Positions 38,601 to 52,700 of a DNA stretch of 64,000 bases are shown here, one piece after another. Origin of the DNA: Phoronis australis (lineage: Eukaryota; Animalia; Phoronida); contig NMRA01000443.1 of NCBI GenBank assembly GCA_002633005.1, positions 56,251 through 120,250 on the forward strand, given 5' to 3'. Under the pieces are notes generated by a model. The model saw only the letters and a list, made by a program, of their open reading frames with translations. It was not told where the DNA came from and made no database searches. The position numbers and the translations under genes are program-made. Each line of letters opens with the position of its first letter. Position 1 is the first letter of the stretch.

Positions 38601-39095
38601 TCGCCTTGAACTTGTTTTCGTTTTCATATTTCTCAAAGTATTACTTTGAAGTGATGCTCATTCTAATTGCAACCTCAACAGTATAGTCTTGAAAAAGTTA
38701 CCTCCGCCACCTGTATGAGTAACGTCATAGGTATACGTTGGTTCAACAGAGGGCTTCTGTGTCGGCGGAGGTAATGGTTGGCACCCACACGTGTCATTAA
38801 TTTCTGATGCCAGGCATACATTCGCTCTTGAGTCAAAATAATTGCCACCTGCACATGCGCAATGACGAATCTTATTCTTTTCACATTCTCCGTAATGGGT
38901 GCAGTTATTTGGAAGCGGGAATAGTATCGTCTCCATCCGACAAGATGTTATGCGTTCTCCACACGGTGTAGTAAATCCTTTGCTTTTGTTGACGGTTTTC
39001 AACTCCTTACATACTCTTGAACGCGTACCAACTGCTTGGGAAATGGTAACAATGAATGTCGCAAAATTAGCTACGTTCCGGTAGTATGTCTTCAT
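35644..39095 (-). CDS. Chitin-binding peritrophin-A (CBM14)-like type-I membrane protein B; exons 39095-38702, 38250-38124, 37750-37669, 36030-35644 (329 aa)
   Basis: GT-AG introns with phases 1,2,0. FPLPNNCTHYGEC...CAGGNYFDSRANVC is CBM14-like. It is followed by a Pro/Thr stalk, TM ALYIIGSAAGGVVIIILLIVVICLCW, basic stop-transfer RMRKGR, and a tail with ENPEY, IYAEI, HEYQKL, NYQNG and HEYFEL. Confidence 0.8.
37576..37650. mobile_element. Short CATGGGC...GCCCATG-type MITE-like element in intron 3 of receptor B (also at ~35187-35261)
   Basis: Shares CTATAGCC and CCACTT.TTTCAGTGCTGCGC.GC.CATG with the copies at 49580-49720. Confidence 0.55.
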
Positions 39096-40085
39096 TTTGC
39101 TGCAAAAAAGTATAAGCAAACTATTCATGACTTATGCCACAGCATCAACAATCACAACACATGAATCACTGGGAAAGCCATGGAGAAAGCAAGTGCCACG
39201 TGCTTTGCAAAGCAGCCCTTCACATGTAATTTCACCAGCATTGTAGAAAGCCTTCCGACCCGGTCGACACTTATTTCGATCTCCGGTGGTCATAAACATA
39301 GCGTATTGCCATTCCAGTTCATTGCAAATGTCAAATCCTCTCCACTTTTTGCCCAGGTCCCTGATGAATACGTATTTCTAGCTAAGTTAGAAAATTTGGG
39401 AGAAATACATCGACAAAAATGGAAGTCCAGTGTTTCGTGATCTTGAAAAAACTCTCCCACCACGGAATTTTGTAACTTGACAAACGAGCCCAAGAAGACC
39501 GAAATTACGTTTTTAACCAAAGCACATATTCAAACACAATAAATTTCTCATGACATTTCAAGAACCATTTCGTGACTGTTCAATTGCAATGAGAATTCCC
39601 TCAACAAACTTGTTGGAAATTGAAGATGATGAAACTTAATATAAATGGGTGGACTTTTCAGAATTGGTTTAAGAGAAATGGGTCGACTTCTCAGAATTAG
39701 TTTAATAGAAAATTTCTTAAAAAACATACACTATCTCAGACACCTTCTAAATGCCTCCACTTGTTTCAAAATAATAAAGTGACTCTGAATTTTAAGGAAA
39801 ATGATAAGCCAGTGTTGAAGTTACATGGTTTTATTGTGAGCAGTATCCTGTTTCAGTCTAGAAAGTTAAGTCAATGTCCAATAATAAGCAAACGGCCAGT
39901 GTTATCAAGAAAACTATTCGACAATTTTAGAGCACCATTTACAGAAAAAAATTATACTGAATTCGATATGAAGCCAAAAACAATACATTGCTTCTTCATA
40001 ATATGTCCATTCGCAAAATCCAGCGATTCCCACAGTGCCATAGGAAAAGAAAATGACATCACTACATGTATGTGTGTTGATAACA

Positions 40086-40092
40086 TATATAA

Positions 40093-40130
<38 letters not shown>

Positions 40131-40131
40131 A
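40086..40131. repeat. Compound (TA)n(TG)n microsatellite
   Basis: Read directly from the sequence. Confidence 0.9.
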
Positions 40132-40494
40132 TAAAAACACCAATAACTTAATATAAATAACAATCGTAAATCTAAAAAATACTCTCGCAGGAGGGTTGGC
40201 ATGATAAACATGAATGAGAACAGTTGCACAATAGATATTTTTAAAAGAACTGAAAATTCGACATAGAACACAGAATACACAAGCACATGCTTTCCCAGTT
40301 TTGAGCATTAATAGTGAAATGTCTAGTTCAATGCCGAAGGCTGCTAAACTTCATATAGTCGAAAGCAATGCGTAACGTTTTCTTACGTAAGGTCCACCTC
40401 ATTCAGGAATAACAATATCCACGTAAGAAGCAAATAAGGTCACCATTAGTTTCCTGTACACACGTCCTCGGTAAGGTGACAATTCACTGGTTTA

Positions 40495-43400
40495 TCAACT
40501 TGACCTGTAAGTCATTTCAACGGATTCTGTAACGTCTTTCCCGATTTTTTCTTTACCGGGAGACAGTGGTGCTTGCTCCTCTTGTTGATGATCGTCATTA
40601 CATGTGGTGTACTCGCCATTTCTATATGAGGGTTCTTCTGAGTGTACAATGTGTGGTCTTATTAATTTCTGGTATTCGTGTGTTTGGCTACCGCCATTGG
40701 AAACATTTGGAACAAGCCCGTTGCCGTCTGTGGAGTGTGGTAATTGTGGAAGGGGTCTGCCAGGTTCTAACGGCGCCAACTTCGTCTTCACTACAGCACC
40801 ATTTCTTGAAGTCTGGAACAAAAAATCAGTTCCACTTTATGCAAAAAACATGGAGGTGATGACACAGAATATATAAGAATGCTCAACGTGTTGAATAAAC
40901 GATTGAACTTTCAAGTTCATTCCAAAATCCATCAAAACAAACCATGTGCATACAATGCATTTTAATTTGTTAACACATATTTGGACACACGATTGCACCT
41001 GGTACGACAGTTTTAGGCACATACCACAGGATTCTAGTATCTAAAACCCGTGTTAGTTACGCCAGAACCGTTTTCCAGTGTCAGGCGCCTGTAAAAGCGG
41101 CTTTTAGCCCTCCTTCCGTCCTTATACTACCATTTGATTTAGGACACTTACTGTTATAAACCTCCTGTTAACTTGTTCTATGTTCAGATTCTTTTATGGT
41201 CCCTTCAATTGGCAATTCATCATTGCTCGACATCAAGCTTAATAAGTTAGCCGGTAGTGGGTTATTTTATGCCAACGAAGATGGGCTCGACCAAAATACT
41301 AAGAACTTAATTGATATGTTTTAAACTATACGCTCTGCTCACCTCATGTACAGTATCAAAGGTATCTCCCATTACCACAGAGTTCTTTCTTGTATACTCG
41401 GGATTTTCAACCGCTCCGGGTGCTTTGCTGACTGACTCTCTGGAAAGTAGATAAGAGAATATGAATAGGGCGGACACCAGTAACCACAGTATTTAGTAGA
41501 CAACAGGGGGCATTACTAGCTAAGCCTGCACAAACCGGAACGACATTGCCGTTTAACTGATGCAAAAGTCTGAGGCGATATTCATATTATTTCAACACGA
41601 TGAAGTCAATCAATAGCTGCCTCCATGCGTTGCGTAATATTTCATGACGTAATACACCAGTGTAGACAGAAACAGTGTTAATGAAGGATGGTAAGATTGA
41701 CGTATGGCGTCCAGGCTAAATTTTGGGCTTGAAAGCACTTGTGAAACAGTCGTCGCCTCGGTCAATATATTTGATAAGTCATACACACAGCCCTGACTAC
41801 TTAATGCACTATCTTATTATTACGGAATACTCATAAAACTGTAGATTATGTATGAACAGTAGACAAGCTGGGTGAGTGGCAAGGATGAGATAGGTGAGGT
41901 GTTGCAGACCTCACACAGAACAAAACTCAACTGCAAATTATCAAGGATTGGAATAGGACTGCAAATCTTACAAGCACGTGCTTCCGTTTGCTAGCAAGTA
42001 CGAAATGACTTATACGTTAATTTTGGCAACTTTGTTCCCAAATCGACCCCAAGTTTCAATGTTCTCAGTGTTGAAAATACCACCTGCCGTTTAGAATAAA
42101 ACCTTGCAAGCAACAGTAAACCATTACAAAAAACTCGCTCTATGGATAACAAGCACCAGGGCCGAAAGATTTCAATGTTTCGCCTGTCACTCCACAGCTA
42201 GTGTCTTTGAAGAATGTGTTCAGCTTTTATCAATAGAGTAGTTCAAGCAAACGAACATCGGATAGATTATTTGTAATTTTCAGTCAACTTCAGGAATCAA
42301 TTTCGAGGAGTATCTGAATTTGAATTGAAAATTTCAATTCAGCTAAAAGTAAGGAACGTTATTATATATAAACCAGATTTCAGCAATACGTTTTGAATTG
42401 TATGACTGCACAGACTAGTCTTAACTAAAATGGTGTATCTTAGCAACAAATCCCTTTACCGTCTCTTTTTCCACATGACGTACACGACTGACAACATCAC
42501 AATGATGACTACGAGGACAAGACCGCCCACAACTCCGCCTACAATGTCTAATACAGATGCTTCCTTGGCTCCGCCTCCGCCTGTAACATGAGGAAGCCTA
42601 CGTGTAATATTGAGTGCTAAAGGTACCTTGTTTCAACGCTTCCATGGGGTCGCTGGATTTTGTCTTACAGGCAACTCTTGGAGATATTCTTTCAGATTCA
42701 TTTTCGTTTAAACCTTCACAAAACGTGCCCAAGCAGAACAAGACAACCACAATTATTCATAAAAATGCTAATTTCGACTCATGTATTTTACTTTCAAACA
42801 GGACTCCAGTGTTGACAAGAAATATTGAATTACTAGACCATACAAAGCGAATAAAATAAAATAAAATCGCATACAACTAACAAAGGTGTAACATTACTAT
42901 TCCCGCAACTGCCTTGAAATAGGAAACGGCAAATTGAATATTTTTATGAATAACTCAGTGACCCGTGACCTATAAAGTGAACTGTAAATTGAGAAAATAG
43001 GCAGATGGGAAAGATTCCGTGGAGGCGCTTCTAATTTCCAGCCACGATCTCTGGATCTGGAGTTTGGTCACCGGCTATAGAATATTTCGGCAAGTGTGGA
43101 GTTTAGGAGCGCGGGTTTGGTTTCTGCTGGTCCGGGATTCCGCAAATGGAATTTGGGGGACGACCATGGAATCGTATTCACGCTCTACGGTAAACTTGTT
43201 GCAAAAACACGAACGAGGACACAACCGGAGCAACCAAAACATGCATTCAAACACAAAACATTACCTCCACCAGTTGGTGCAGTTGTGGCATTTGTCGGAG
43301 GCGGTGTTGCGATACTACCTCCCGTCACTCGCGGGTCACCTGAATCTGGACATAGGCATTTTTTGTCGTTATGACGTCCTGTCAAACATCGCCCGTGCTC

Positions 43401-43658
43401 GGGAACGAAGTAGGTACCGCGCAAGCAACGACACACTGATATCGAGTCTTTGTAACACTGCATGTATTCATCACAACCAATGGGCGACGGGAATTTAATC
43501 TTCTCCTTGCACGGCAGATTAATTGCGATATTGCAGTGTCCTGGGCGGAAAACGTTGTCCACTATTTCGACATCCTGCCGGTCACACTTTATCTGGTAGG
43601 TGGAGGCACTCGTCGTGTAAAGCATCGTGAAAAAGGCGTAGAGTTCCAGCAGCAACAT
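40495..43658 (-). CDS. Chitin-binding peritrophin-A (CBM14)-like type-I membrane protein A; exons 43658-43265, 42580-42460, 41439-41343, 40812-40495 (309 aa)
   Basis: GT-AG introns with phases 1,2,0, the same as paralog B. Signal peptide MLLLELYAFFTMLYTTSA; FPSPIGCDEYMQC...CLRGTYFVPEHGRC; Thr/Pro stalk; TM IVGGVVGGLVLVVIIVMLSVVYVMW followed by KKRR; tail with ENPEY, HEYQKL and SYRNG. Confidence 0.82.
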
Positions 43659-46600
43659 CACTGAAACAGTAAAGGAAACGTCATAGCACACAACAATCTA
43701 TTTTCAACAACTACTATTTACATATTCCATCAACAAGAAATTAAAACAGTTTGATATTTTGTTGACTGTGTGCTTGTGAGAGTGCAGTGTGCGAAGTTGT
43801 GTGGTACAAAAAAATGCAATTTGTGACATTGATAAACATTTCAATTCAAAGAAATTGTACCACGTGGTGATGAGTGGAGAACACTATGGAGAACACGTGT
43901 TCTGGTAACATCGTTACTAGCCATTAGACTAAGTCGAACGTTTTAAATGAATAGATTAACCACGATTTCATCAAGTTTCCCAAAATGTCCTAAATACGTT
44001 TCCATTACTCTTACTATTACGGGACTGCATAGCGTTTAGGGTACCTACTTTATTTCAGGTTAAGTACATAGCATCATTTCAAATTATATGTTTACATTTA
44101 CAACGTACTGAAATATCACCTCTGCAGGCTGTTACGTTATAAATTGCAGAGAACGGCGATACGTATCGCACAAAATATTCCCTACAGTAAACGCATTAAA
44201 GTGGAATGCACGACATTGGGAGTTCAACGTTGATCATTATTTCGTTAACTGACGCAGGTACCAAATTTTAACAAGTAAACTTCTATGGATGTCAAACTCG
44301 TTTAAGTTATCTTTCCAACAAAACAAGTAGGGATTGAGCAGATAAAATTTCCGTAAGTGAGAACACATCCGAGTGTCGTAAAGAGGACGACTGCCGCAGA
44401 ATTGACTGGACAGAAAAAGCAATCCAACAGCTGTCAGTCCACACATTAATTAAGGAATGCACAAGAGATAATACTGAGAACAAAACTTTGAGGTTTAATA
44501 ACAATGCTCTACATCGGTTTCCTTCAAGAACAAAATTCTCAGAACACACATTACGCTGTACCATTAATCCATAATGACATTCACATGTATCAAGTGGAGC
44601 CAAGTCATCATATTAGAAAGCACATTGCGTAACACAAAACTCTCATATTTCATCGATTTTTCGAAGTCTGGTAATATAGAAATCGACCGATCAGACAGGA
44701 AGGAAGCACAACATAAAATCTGCATAACTGCACCAGAAAATAATGAAGCGACAACTCGCTTTTCTATGCGTAAAATGAGCGATTCTATCACGGGGAGGGT
44801 TTGTTGAATAAAAACATAGATTTCATGCGTGACGCTATGCATGTATATTTATATTTCTGTACCCGAGTTTCTGCAACATCAGTCACAATTTCAAAGAACT
44901 CTCATTTCGTTCACACTACCGTCCATAACTCCTTAGCCTGTCAAAGCTAACGAAATTAGACAGACTGAACCACAAATAACCAATCATCGTTCCCGATTAA
45001 CACCACAGACAGACGGACACGGTTGTTGTGTGAAGACTTTTTAGAAAAAAATCCCATCACACCAAGCATTATCAACACCAAGTAATTTTTTTAACCAAGT
45101 GCACCTGTGTATCAACGAGAAATTCTCGGGTATTTTCAAAGCCTCAAATTCGTTATCCCTCGGAGGTGTTACATTTATCTGGGCATGTATGAATTGCAAT
45201 CATTACAGCAAACGGATATGGTCAACAGACGGCTAAAATTATGACCTAGTTTCAAAAGTCGCACGCGAAGACATTCTCAATCCGTCTGCTTCCTGACGCA
45301 CTCTAACCCACAAGAGCGACGTCTTTCGTGAAAATGGCAATTTCTATTATTATCACAGGGGTGTCCCGACGCATTCGACGACATTCTCCATTTTCAGAGT
45401 CAAGTGATTTGCTGCAATTACTGAAGGTCGCACCATCACAGAAACGTAACACATTCGAAGGATAATTGGAGGCTACGGAAATACCCGATGCGTTTCGGAC
45501 GCCTGCATACACTTATAAGTTTTTTATGAATGCACCATCACACATACATCGTTGACCTATTGTCGGGAATAAAGGCAAAATAACATGGGTTAGCTTGCTG
45601 AGATGGACTGGTAACTATGCACTAGTTATGAGTGAGTGACCTTCTGGGTTTAGGCTGCTAAGTCTACGTCCTTTTCTTCAGCGCTCAAGCAGAGTTTTCA
45701 CACAACACTGAAACTGTCTTCCAAAACGTTGTAAAAACAGGAATTTACATGACATCAGATCAATGAGTATGAAATAAAATAAAATAGAACACGAGGCACA
45801 GGTGAAATAAGTTTAGAATCACAAAGAAACGTTCAACCACAAGCCCACATGGTGACACCTTGATATAGTCCAATCTCCCTGCCAGAAGAACATCATGCGA
45901 TGAGTTCAACGTTATAGACTACCATAACAGTACACTCAGCACGTTCCTTCTCACTCACTTTCAAGAAGCCAACATCGAGTTTTGAAGACGAGAACCGTAT
46001 GTGCGAGCACAGGTTTCTCGGAACTCGCATCGATGCACCAACGTGACCGAGGTGTGTTTAAAGCTGACGCTAGGTTAGAGAAATCTGGTAATCTACCAGT
46101 TCTTGGCTTCATATAAATCGTGTAAAGAATGTAAACTAATTTACACCAGACTTGCAAATGTCAACAGACAGTGTCCTCGACAGAAACTGATAAGGTCACA
46201 TTCGTTTGCGCATACAGTGTACACAGTACACGGACAGACGCCATATTTTTATTGACAGTTCAGCAGGCAGCTAATGTTTCGTGTACACAATCATAACTGC
46301 AGTACGGCTTAATGTACAACACTATCAAGTACAGGCCACGGAAGTCAGGCAGTAATCCAACACTTCCAAGAACAGCCCATTATGCTGGAGGATCTATGGG
46401 CGATACGTTAAGATTGATTAACTCTCAGATGCTGAACAAAACAAGAATACTTTCCTACATTTGTGAAAATCGATACCGTTGCTCTAAAATACTATGACCA
46501 ACACTTCTCAGCATGTTCAAGGCTTACTCACCGTATACGAATAAGTGATCTTTTTAGGAACAGATTATGAATAAATAAACCGAGAAATTCAGTTGCCAAC

Positions 46601-49579
46601 AGATCAGGCTGATTTCAAGGGTGAATCATAGATTAAACTTTCCAGCTGCGTGTCCTCACTGCGAGTGTCCTCGTCGGGTTCGTGAGTATTGATGTGAATT
46701 AGTGCGCGTACTAATACATGGAGTAGTTCGTCGAACTTGACGCAGCATGAGTGAAGAGAAAAACACCGGAATTAACTCCAGTTTCGGCGTTCAAGCTGAT
46801 CAAATCTACAATCCCCACCACTAATGGCACTGAATGGTCAAAGTTTATTCCGAAAACATGAATAGAAAACCGCTGTAACGCATGAAAAAGTGAGAACAAT
46901 AAAAACAAAGGGCTCAGCACACGTAACTGAGGACTTTAATCAACAGATTTGGCTTCAGAGTGCGATGAATAAGTTCGGAGAGCCGCTAAAACGGGGCAAT
47001 CATTGCAGAAATACAGCAAGATTACAGACTGAAGATCAAATGGAAACGTGTCAGATGAACAGATCAAAAGAATGTATAAGAAAAGAGTAACATACATCGG
47101 GCTTCAGTAACTAACGAATCACAATCAAACATCTTAATTGCCAGTGCAAGAGATCGGGACGTGAGCGGAGACGATGCGGTTTGTCTAACGTTAATGTTGT
47201 CGTCAGTTGCCCTGATTCAGGACCAGTGTCGACAAGAAAAACCGCTACCATTGGCCAAAACAACTGACTAATTGGTCCACGGGCAGTTTACACCAATACT
47301 AAGTCATTACTAAGCGAAAATTCAATAGAAAAGTCATCCATACTTTCAATAATAACTTATAACCTCTACTGCAATGGTGCGTGTATTATATCTTCATTTT
47401 ATCAGCCTTCAAAAACCACAGCCTTGATTCAACTTACAAGCCCAGCTGTTATCACGAATTGAACAAGTGAAGATAACGACCAACCGCATAAACAAAAACA
47501 CGTGTCACAACCAGTTCATCCACTGAGCTCAGTGAGGTCAAGAAGTTAAAATTAAAGATGCATTTCAACCTGTTTACCTGGCTAAAACGACAATAAAATT
47601 AGATCTTTTGTTATCACAAAATAGGTCTCACAATAAGCCTTACTCTGACGAAATTCTACTTCCGTTACCTGCTCAAGTCACAGTTAATACGGAGATGCGC
47701 CATTTTCAAATTCGCAATCACGAATGACACATATATAAGTACATGAAAACTGGGTGAAGACACGACATAGCTCTCCGATAGCGAAAATTGTCAACTTTCC
47801 CTGGAGTTAGTTCATAATTGAGAATCATAAAGTTCCCGCATCATACTTCGTCACCCGAGTGATTATCTCCATCGAGATACTACAGCGCCATCCGCTTACA
47901 TATTTATACACAGGTCTCCCTTAAACCTCAGCTATACACGGCGAAAAAGGTAATCTGAATTCTATTTCTACGAGCACGACATTGGGAGCTGGTTCAGTCT
48001 GACTTATGACTGCCTACAGGTACACACACAGCACCTCTCACCAGCTGGCCCAGGATGACGAGAACTACTGCACCTGGCCACATTGATTGCGCCCAAAAAT
48101 TCTAATTGCACGAACTGATAACAAACACACATGTTTACAAGCATAAACCATTCGATCAAATGCAATGGCACTGACAGCTGACCTTCAACGAATACAATAT
48201 TTCAGAAGTACGAACACCAGTCACATATATACAGTTCTCAGATTTCTCAGTTTGCTGGTTTCAACCATCAACGTTAGTGATTACCAGTGTAGTATGTGGC
48301 TCAGTAATGAATATATGGATATTGAGTTATAAGTGTTATTAATAACATACCAATCAACGTTTAACAGACATTGTGATAAATCAATTAATGACTGAGCTGA
48401 ATTACCTGAATAGACTAAGCATATACATAACAAGTTGGATCAGTAAATATTACATTCACTCGAGGGGTGGGGGTAAAAAGAGAGATGAACGGGAGAAAAC
48501 CTTTGCTGCAAATGTAAAATTTGAAAAGAGCATCTATCGGTGGAGAGCTTTTTACAATGAACACGGGGTAAACCTGCGCTTACAACATGAAAACGTACTC
48601 TAAATATTGCTCAACCCATGGAATTTATACACGGGGCGTAACGTTCAGATAAGTGTTTTTACAGCCAGAATTCATCCGAAACTAAGGTTGAATATTCACG
48701 TAAAATTCCTCACGAAAGGAAACCGTTTCAACCAATTTTTCTACGGAAGACAAGTCATAGGAACGAAAGGATCATGTTACTGGAACTGACAACGGCTTAT
48801 GGATTGTCCCAACAGCAGGGTCATTTTTCCCCCGAGTACTCTCTCTCTCTAAATGGCGACTATTGACGTACAGAACTCCAGATTACCACCATCTAATCTC
48901 CGACAAATGTACTTTTACTACACATCTAATCTGACAAATGTAAGATTCTTCCGGGCACAACACAGAAATGCCTCAGGCAAATAGACATTTAAAGCAGCAA
49001 GTCTACATGATTTGTGGTCCCAAGAGGACGATTCTACACAAACAGAAGTCGCCTTCCAGAAACGAAGTACAAAAAACAAAATGTAAAAGGCCTCATTTAT
49101 AAAAGTCACGAAGCATGCGTATGACTTACACAAGTGGTTCAACCCTAACTGTTGGAACAACGAACTCAATCTAGTTTTAAATATTAAAATGATTTGCAAA
49201 AAGTCACCATTTGCGAGTCTAATAACCACGAACCAGACAGTGAGGTGATGCGTGGTAGAAACGACACCGCCATTGGAAGCATTCAACAGCGTGTAGGCCT
49301 ATGAAGACGAAGATTTCAAACTCTGTCAATAGCGTTCAGGGGAATAGGTTTCGACTGACATGCTCAACCACTACCTGCCGATTCCAATGTGATCTTCTTC
49401 AGTTGTGACTTACTAGATCACGTGACATATTTAACGCGCATTTCAGAAATAGACGATTAAGATAAAATTAAACCTTAATCAGAGCCCGGAACTAAGGTAA
49501 CATCCATCAGCATCCAAGAAGCAGTACAAGGGAGATAAGCACTGATTTCAAATGAAGAATCGAAGACAACTGTCAACGC

Positions 49580-49720
49580 ATGGGCGGAGCAAAATAGGGG
49601 GCTGGGGGACTATAGCCCCCACTTTTTTCAGTGCTCCAGCGCCCATGGCCTATGGGCGGTGTACCAGAGGGGGGCTGGGGCGCTATAGCCCCCACTTTTT
49701 TCAGTGCTGCGCCGCCCATG
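49580..49720. mobile_element. Tandem pair of ~70-bp MITE-like elements
   Basis: Two head-to-tail units, each ATGGGCG...GGGGGCTGGGGG.CTATAGCCCCCACTTTTTTCAGTGCT...CGCCCATG, with short terminal inverted repeats. Confidence 0.7.
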
Positions 49721-52700
49721 CAACGATAATGAAGTCTGCATGAGCCCAGCTAACTCAACAAAATGGGCGTATTCGCTTAACCCACTAAGACTTTAGTAGG
49801 AACTAGAAAAAATATTCATGAACGAGAGCGTTCCATTGTACTTGCATCATTACTTCTAAGTTTATATGGCAGCCTAACGTCAAATGACCGTGAGCATTAA
49901 TATAAGTAGGATGAGTGTTGTGACGCCATGCAAACAACACGGCTCCCGACGTTAAAACCGATCTGGGGAGAGACACAGTAAACGTGGTCTGATCTGATGG
50001 TATCTGAACACAAGGGGTCGTCGGATTGAGAGGAATATACTCTACCGACACGCCGTGAACTTAATGATTTAAGAATGGAATAGCCGCCGCTGCAGTCTAT
50101 TCCTTCGCAGTGCTCTCGTGTGACGACCGAACCCAGAAAGGTTGAAACAAGGAATTGTGGATCCGCTGCAGGAAGTGTTCACAACAAGCTGGTTGAGCTA
50201 TTGTATATTTCTTCAAGAGAACACCAAGAGACATGAATTTCATAATGGAGGAGGGGTCTTGGGGTGCCAAATGGATAAACCCCGGCCCCGACCTTAAGAC
50301 TTCCCACCTGTGGTAAACTGACCATACAACGAATAACAACTCCAACTACACGATAATAAAGATGAAAGTCTTGTTACTCAATCATCGACATGCCGCCACT
50401 TCACACCGACACCGTTATGCAATACAGCCGCTTGTTTATAGTGGACAACACCTGGATTGAAACTATTCGCTCTAGTATAGATCGTATGTGGAGTGGCATG
50501 CACACGGTTATATGGTCGGTGAACACATCACACTGTCTCTGGAAGTCTCCAAGCTATAATCCCACTGAATATCAAGAGTTCGCTCATTAATAACATCAAC
50601 CTTGCTGGCAGCAAGGAACAAGATATATAGTGCTGTATACATGAACACTCGATGTCTGCATTTCAACCTATCCTCACACCATTGGCCTATGAGAACATAG
50701 TAAACGTTCATCCTCCATGCAAAACCCTCAAAGACAATCGCAGAACAAAGTGAATATTCAAGTAACGGTCAAGTGATGCCTATGGTCAAAAACTACGACT
50801 TACATTTCACCACAATTCCATCACCACAAGCCATGGTTCGATAACTACAAGAAGTAGTGCACGCAGGAACGCAGTGATGAGTGATGTCATCCGACAATAA
50901 TGGAAGATTGCCTACACTCTGCAGCGCAAGCACTGATTAATTTCGCCTAAATGCTACATAAGAGCCAGCGAAGTATTACGCCGACAGTCTTTCTCCATCA
51001 CACCTTCTTCCTCAGACGGCTGCCGCAATTGTTTTAGATTATCAACGGCAAACGCAGGTCAGGTCATTGTGTCATGATAAATGATTAATGTGTCTGCGTT
51101 TCAGGACTTCAAAAACGAAAGAGCACCTATGCATGTCACAACTCCTCCGGAGAAAGTAACGCAGCGCAATCGCTAGCTGTAATTCAAGGTTAGCTTCTAA
51201 AACTTCGGTTTCCTGGAGTTTGAGAAAGTCATAATAACTGAAATACCGTAGTTAACAGCAATTTTTTGCTCCGCGCATTTCTTATTCACCGCATCGCACA
51301 AGAATTGCTCAGCTTGTCTGAGATTGAGCAATCCACTAGGGTACCTCCCTTTTTTACTTCACAGCCATATGCGTGACTAAGCTCGTTAACAAGAATGCCA
51401 GGCTAGAAACAACCACTCGGTGCTTGTCTAAAACCATAATTTAATATCGCAGTGTTATCTCAAGTGCTGGCAAAAATAACCATTAAGGTCAATATGGGCG
51501 ACTAAATTAAGCCATCCCTGTCTGTTTCTCTGAACACAACACGTAAGCCAACATAACTCCAGTGCCTCGCGGGTTCTCGCCTCAACAGCAAAGGTAGATC
51601 GATTTAATTTATTTCGGACACGTTATGCACAATGCGTACTCAGTTGAATGTAAACGAATTGAAGTCTCCAAGTTCGGAACCTACAGAGCTAATGGCCTTG
51701 GTCATAGTGCCGTTTTAAAGTGTTCAATCCACAGAACTGACACGCACTGAGTCAACACTCTTGAAGTTTTCTTGTCATGGCGTGCAATGTTTAGCGCCAA
51801 GCGTGGTCTCAATACTGTCAGTTCTTTGCACTCACGATTCATGTCACATCACATTAAGAAGCAAGTTGAGACCAACTTTATTGCGGCAAGTGGTCTAAGA
51901 TCAAAGTTCGCTTCTCAAACGGAATGCGGGTTTGTAACCGCGCATGCTTGCTATTGTTAATGGAATCAAAAGGCGGCACTTCATTTGCCGTTCATATTCT
52001 TAATTGATATGCTTTCAAGATGATGGCAATTTCAAACGCCCTTCCGCCTCCATGACCGTGCGAATACCCATACTTCAATCAAGTTAACTGGTGGTGTTCG
52101 ATAAGTTGCACATGTCTAATTAATACGATTTCTACATGTGACAGTGGGGTGACAACATTCAAAAACACAAAAACGTTATTCTGCAAAACTTTAAAGCTGC
52201 ACGACTTCCAGCACTTTTCCCAGCCGATACGAATCGCTCCCACAACGATCGAGACCATACTTTTAAACCATTTACTGTGGACGCAATTCGCGTTTTCGTA
52301 ATTAGGTGAACATGGAGTATAGCTCGAAAAGAAGGTGACATTACTACCGATTTTTTGGCTATGACCGACAAACAAAATCTTTTTCATTTACGTATCATGA
52401 ACTGTCATTCTTCAATAGGCTAATGCGAAACATTCTCACAAAGGACTTTCAGACGTGGGTATTGTACCAGAAAACTAAAATGCCCTGACTGTCCATGGAT
52501 CTTTGCAGAATTGTTTGTCAGTGTCCGGCAAAGATAGTATGACAACTCTGTTTTTTGAGTGATGTCGCGATATCACACATATTGCTGGCTAGTAAACGAA
52601 GATCCATAATTCCCAATATAAAATAGCTTTAATAGTCTATTTCTAACGGGTTTCATCAACTAAGCTGTGTACTTTCACAGAACACCAGTATAATTGTCTG

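Noticed and set aside
43019-43498. 159-aa plus-strand ORF
   Set aside because: Antisense shadow of the CBM14 exon of receptor A.
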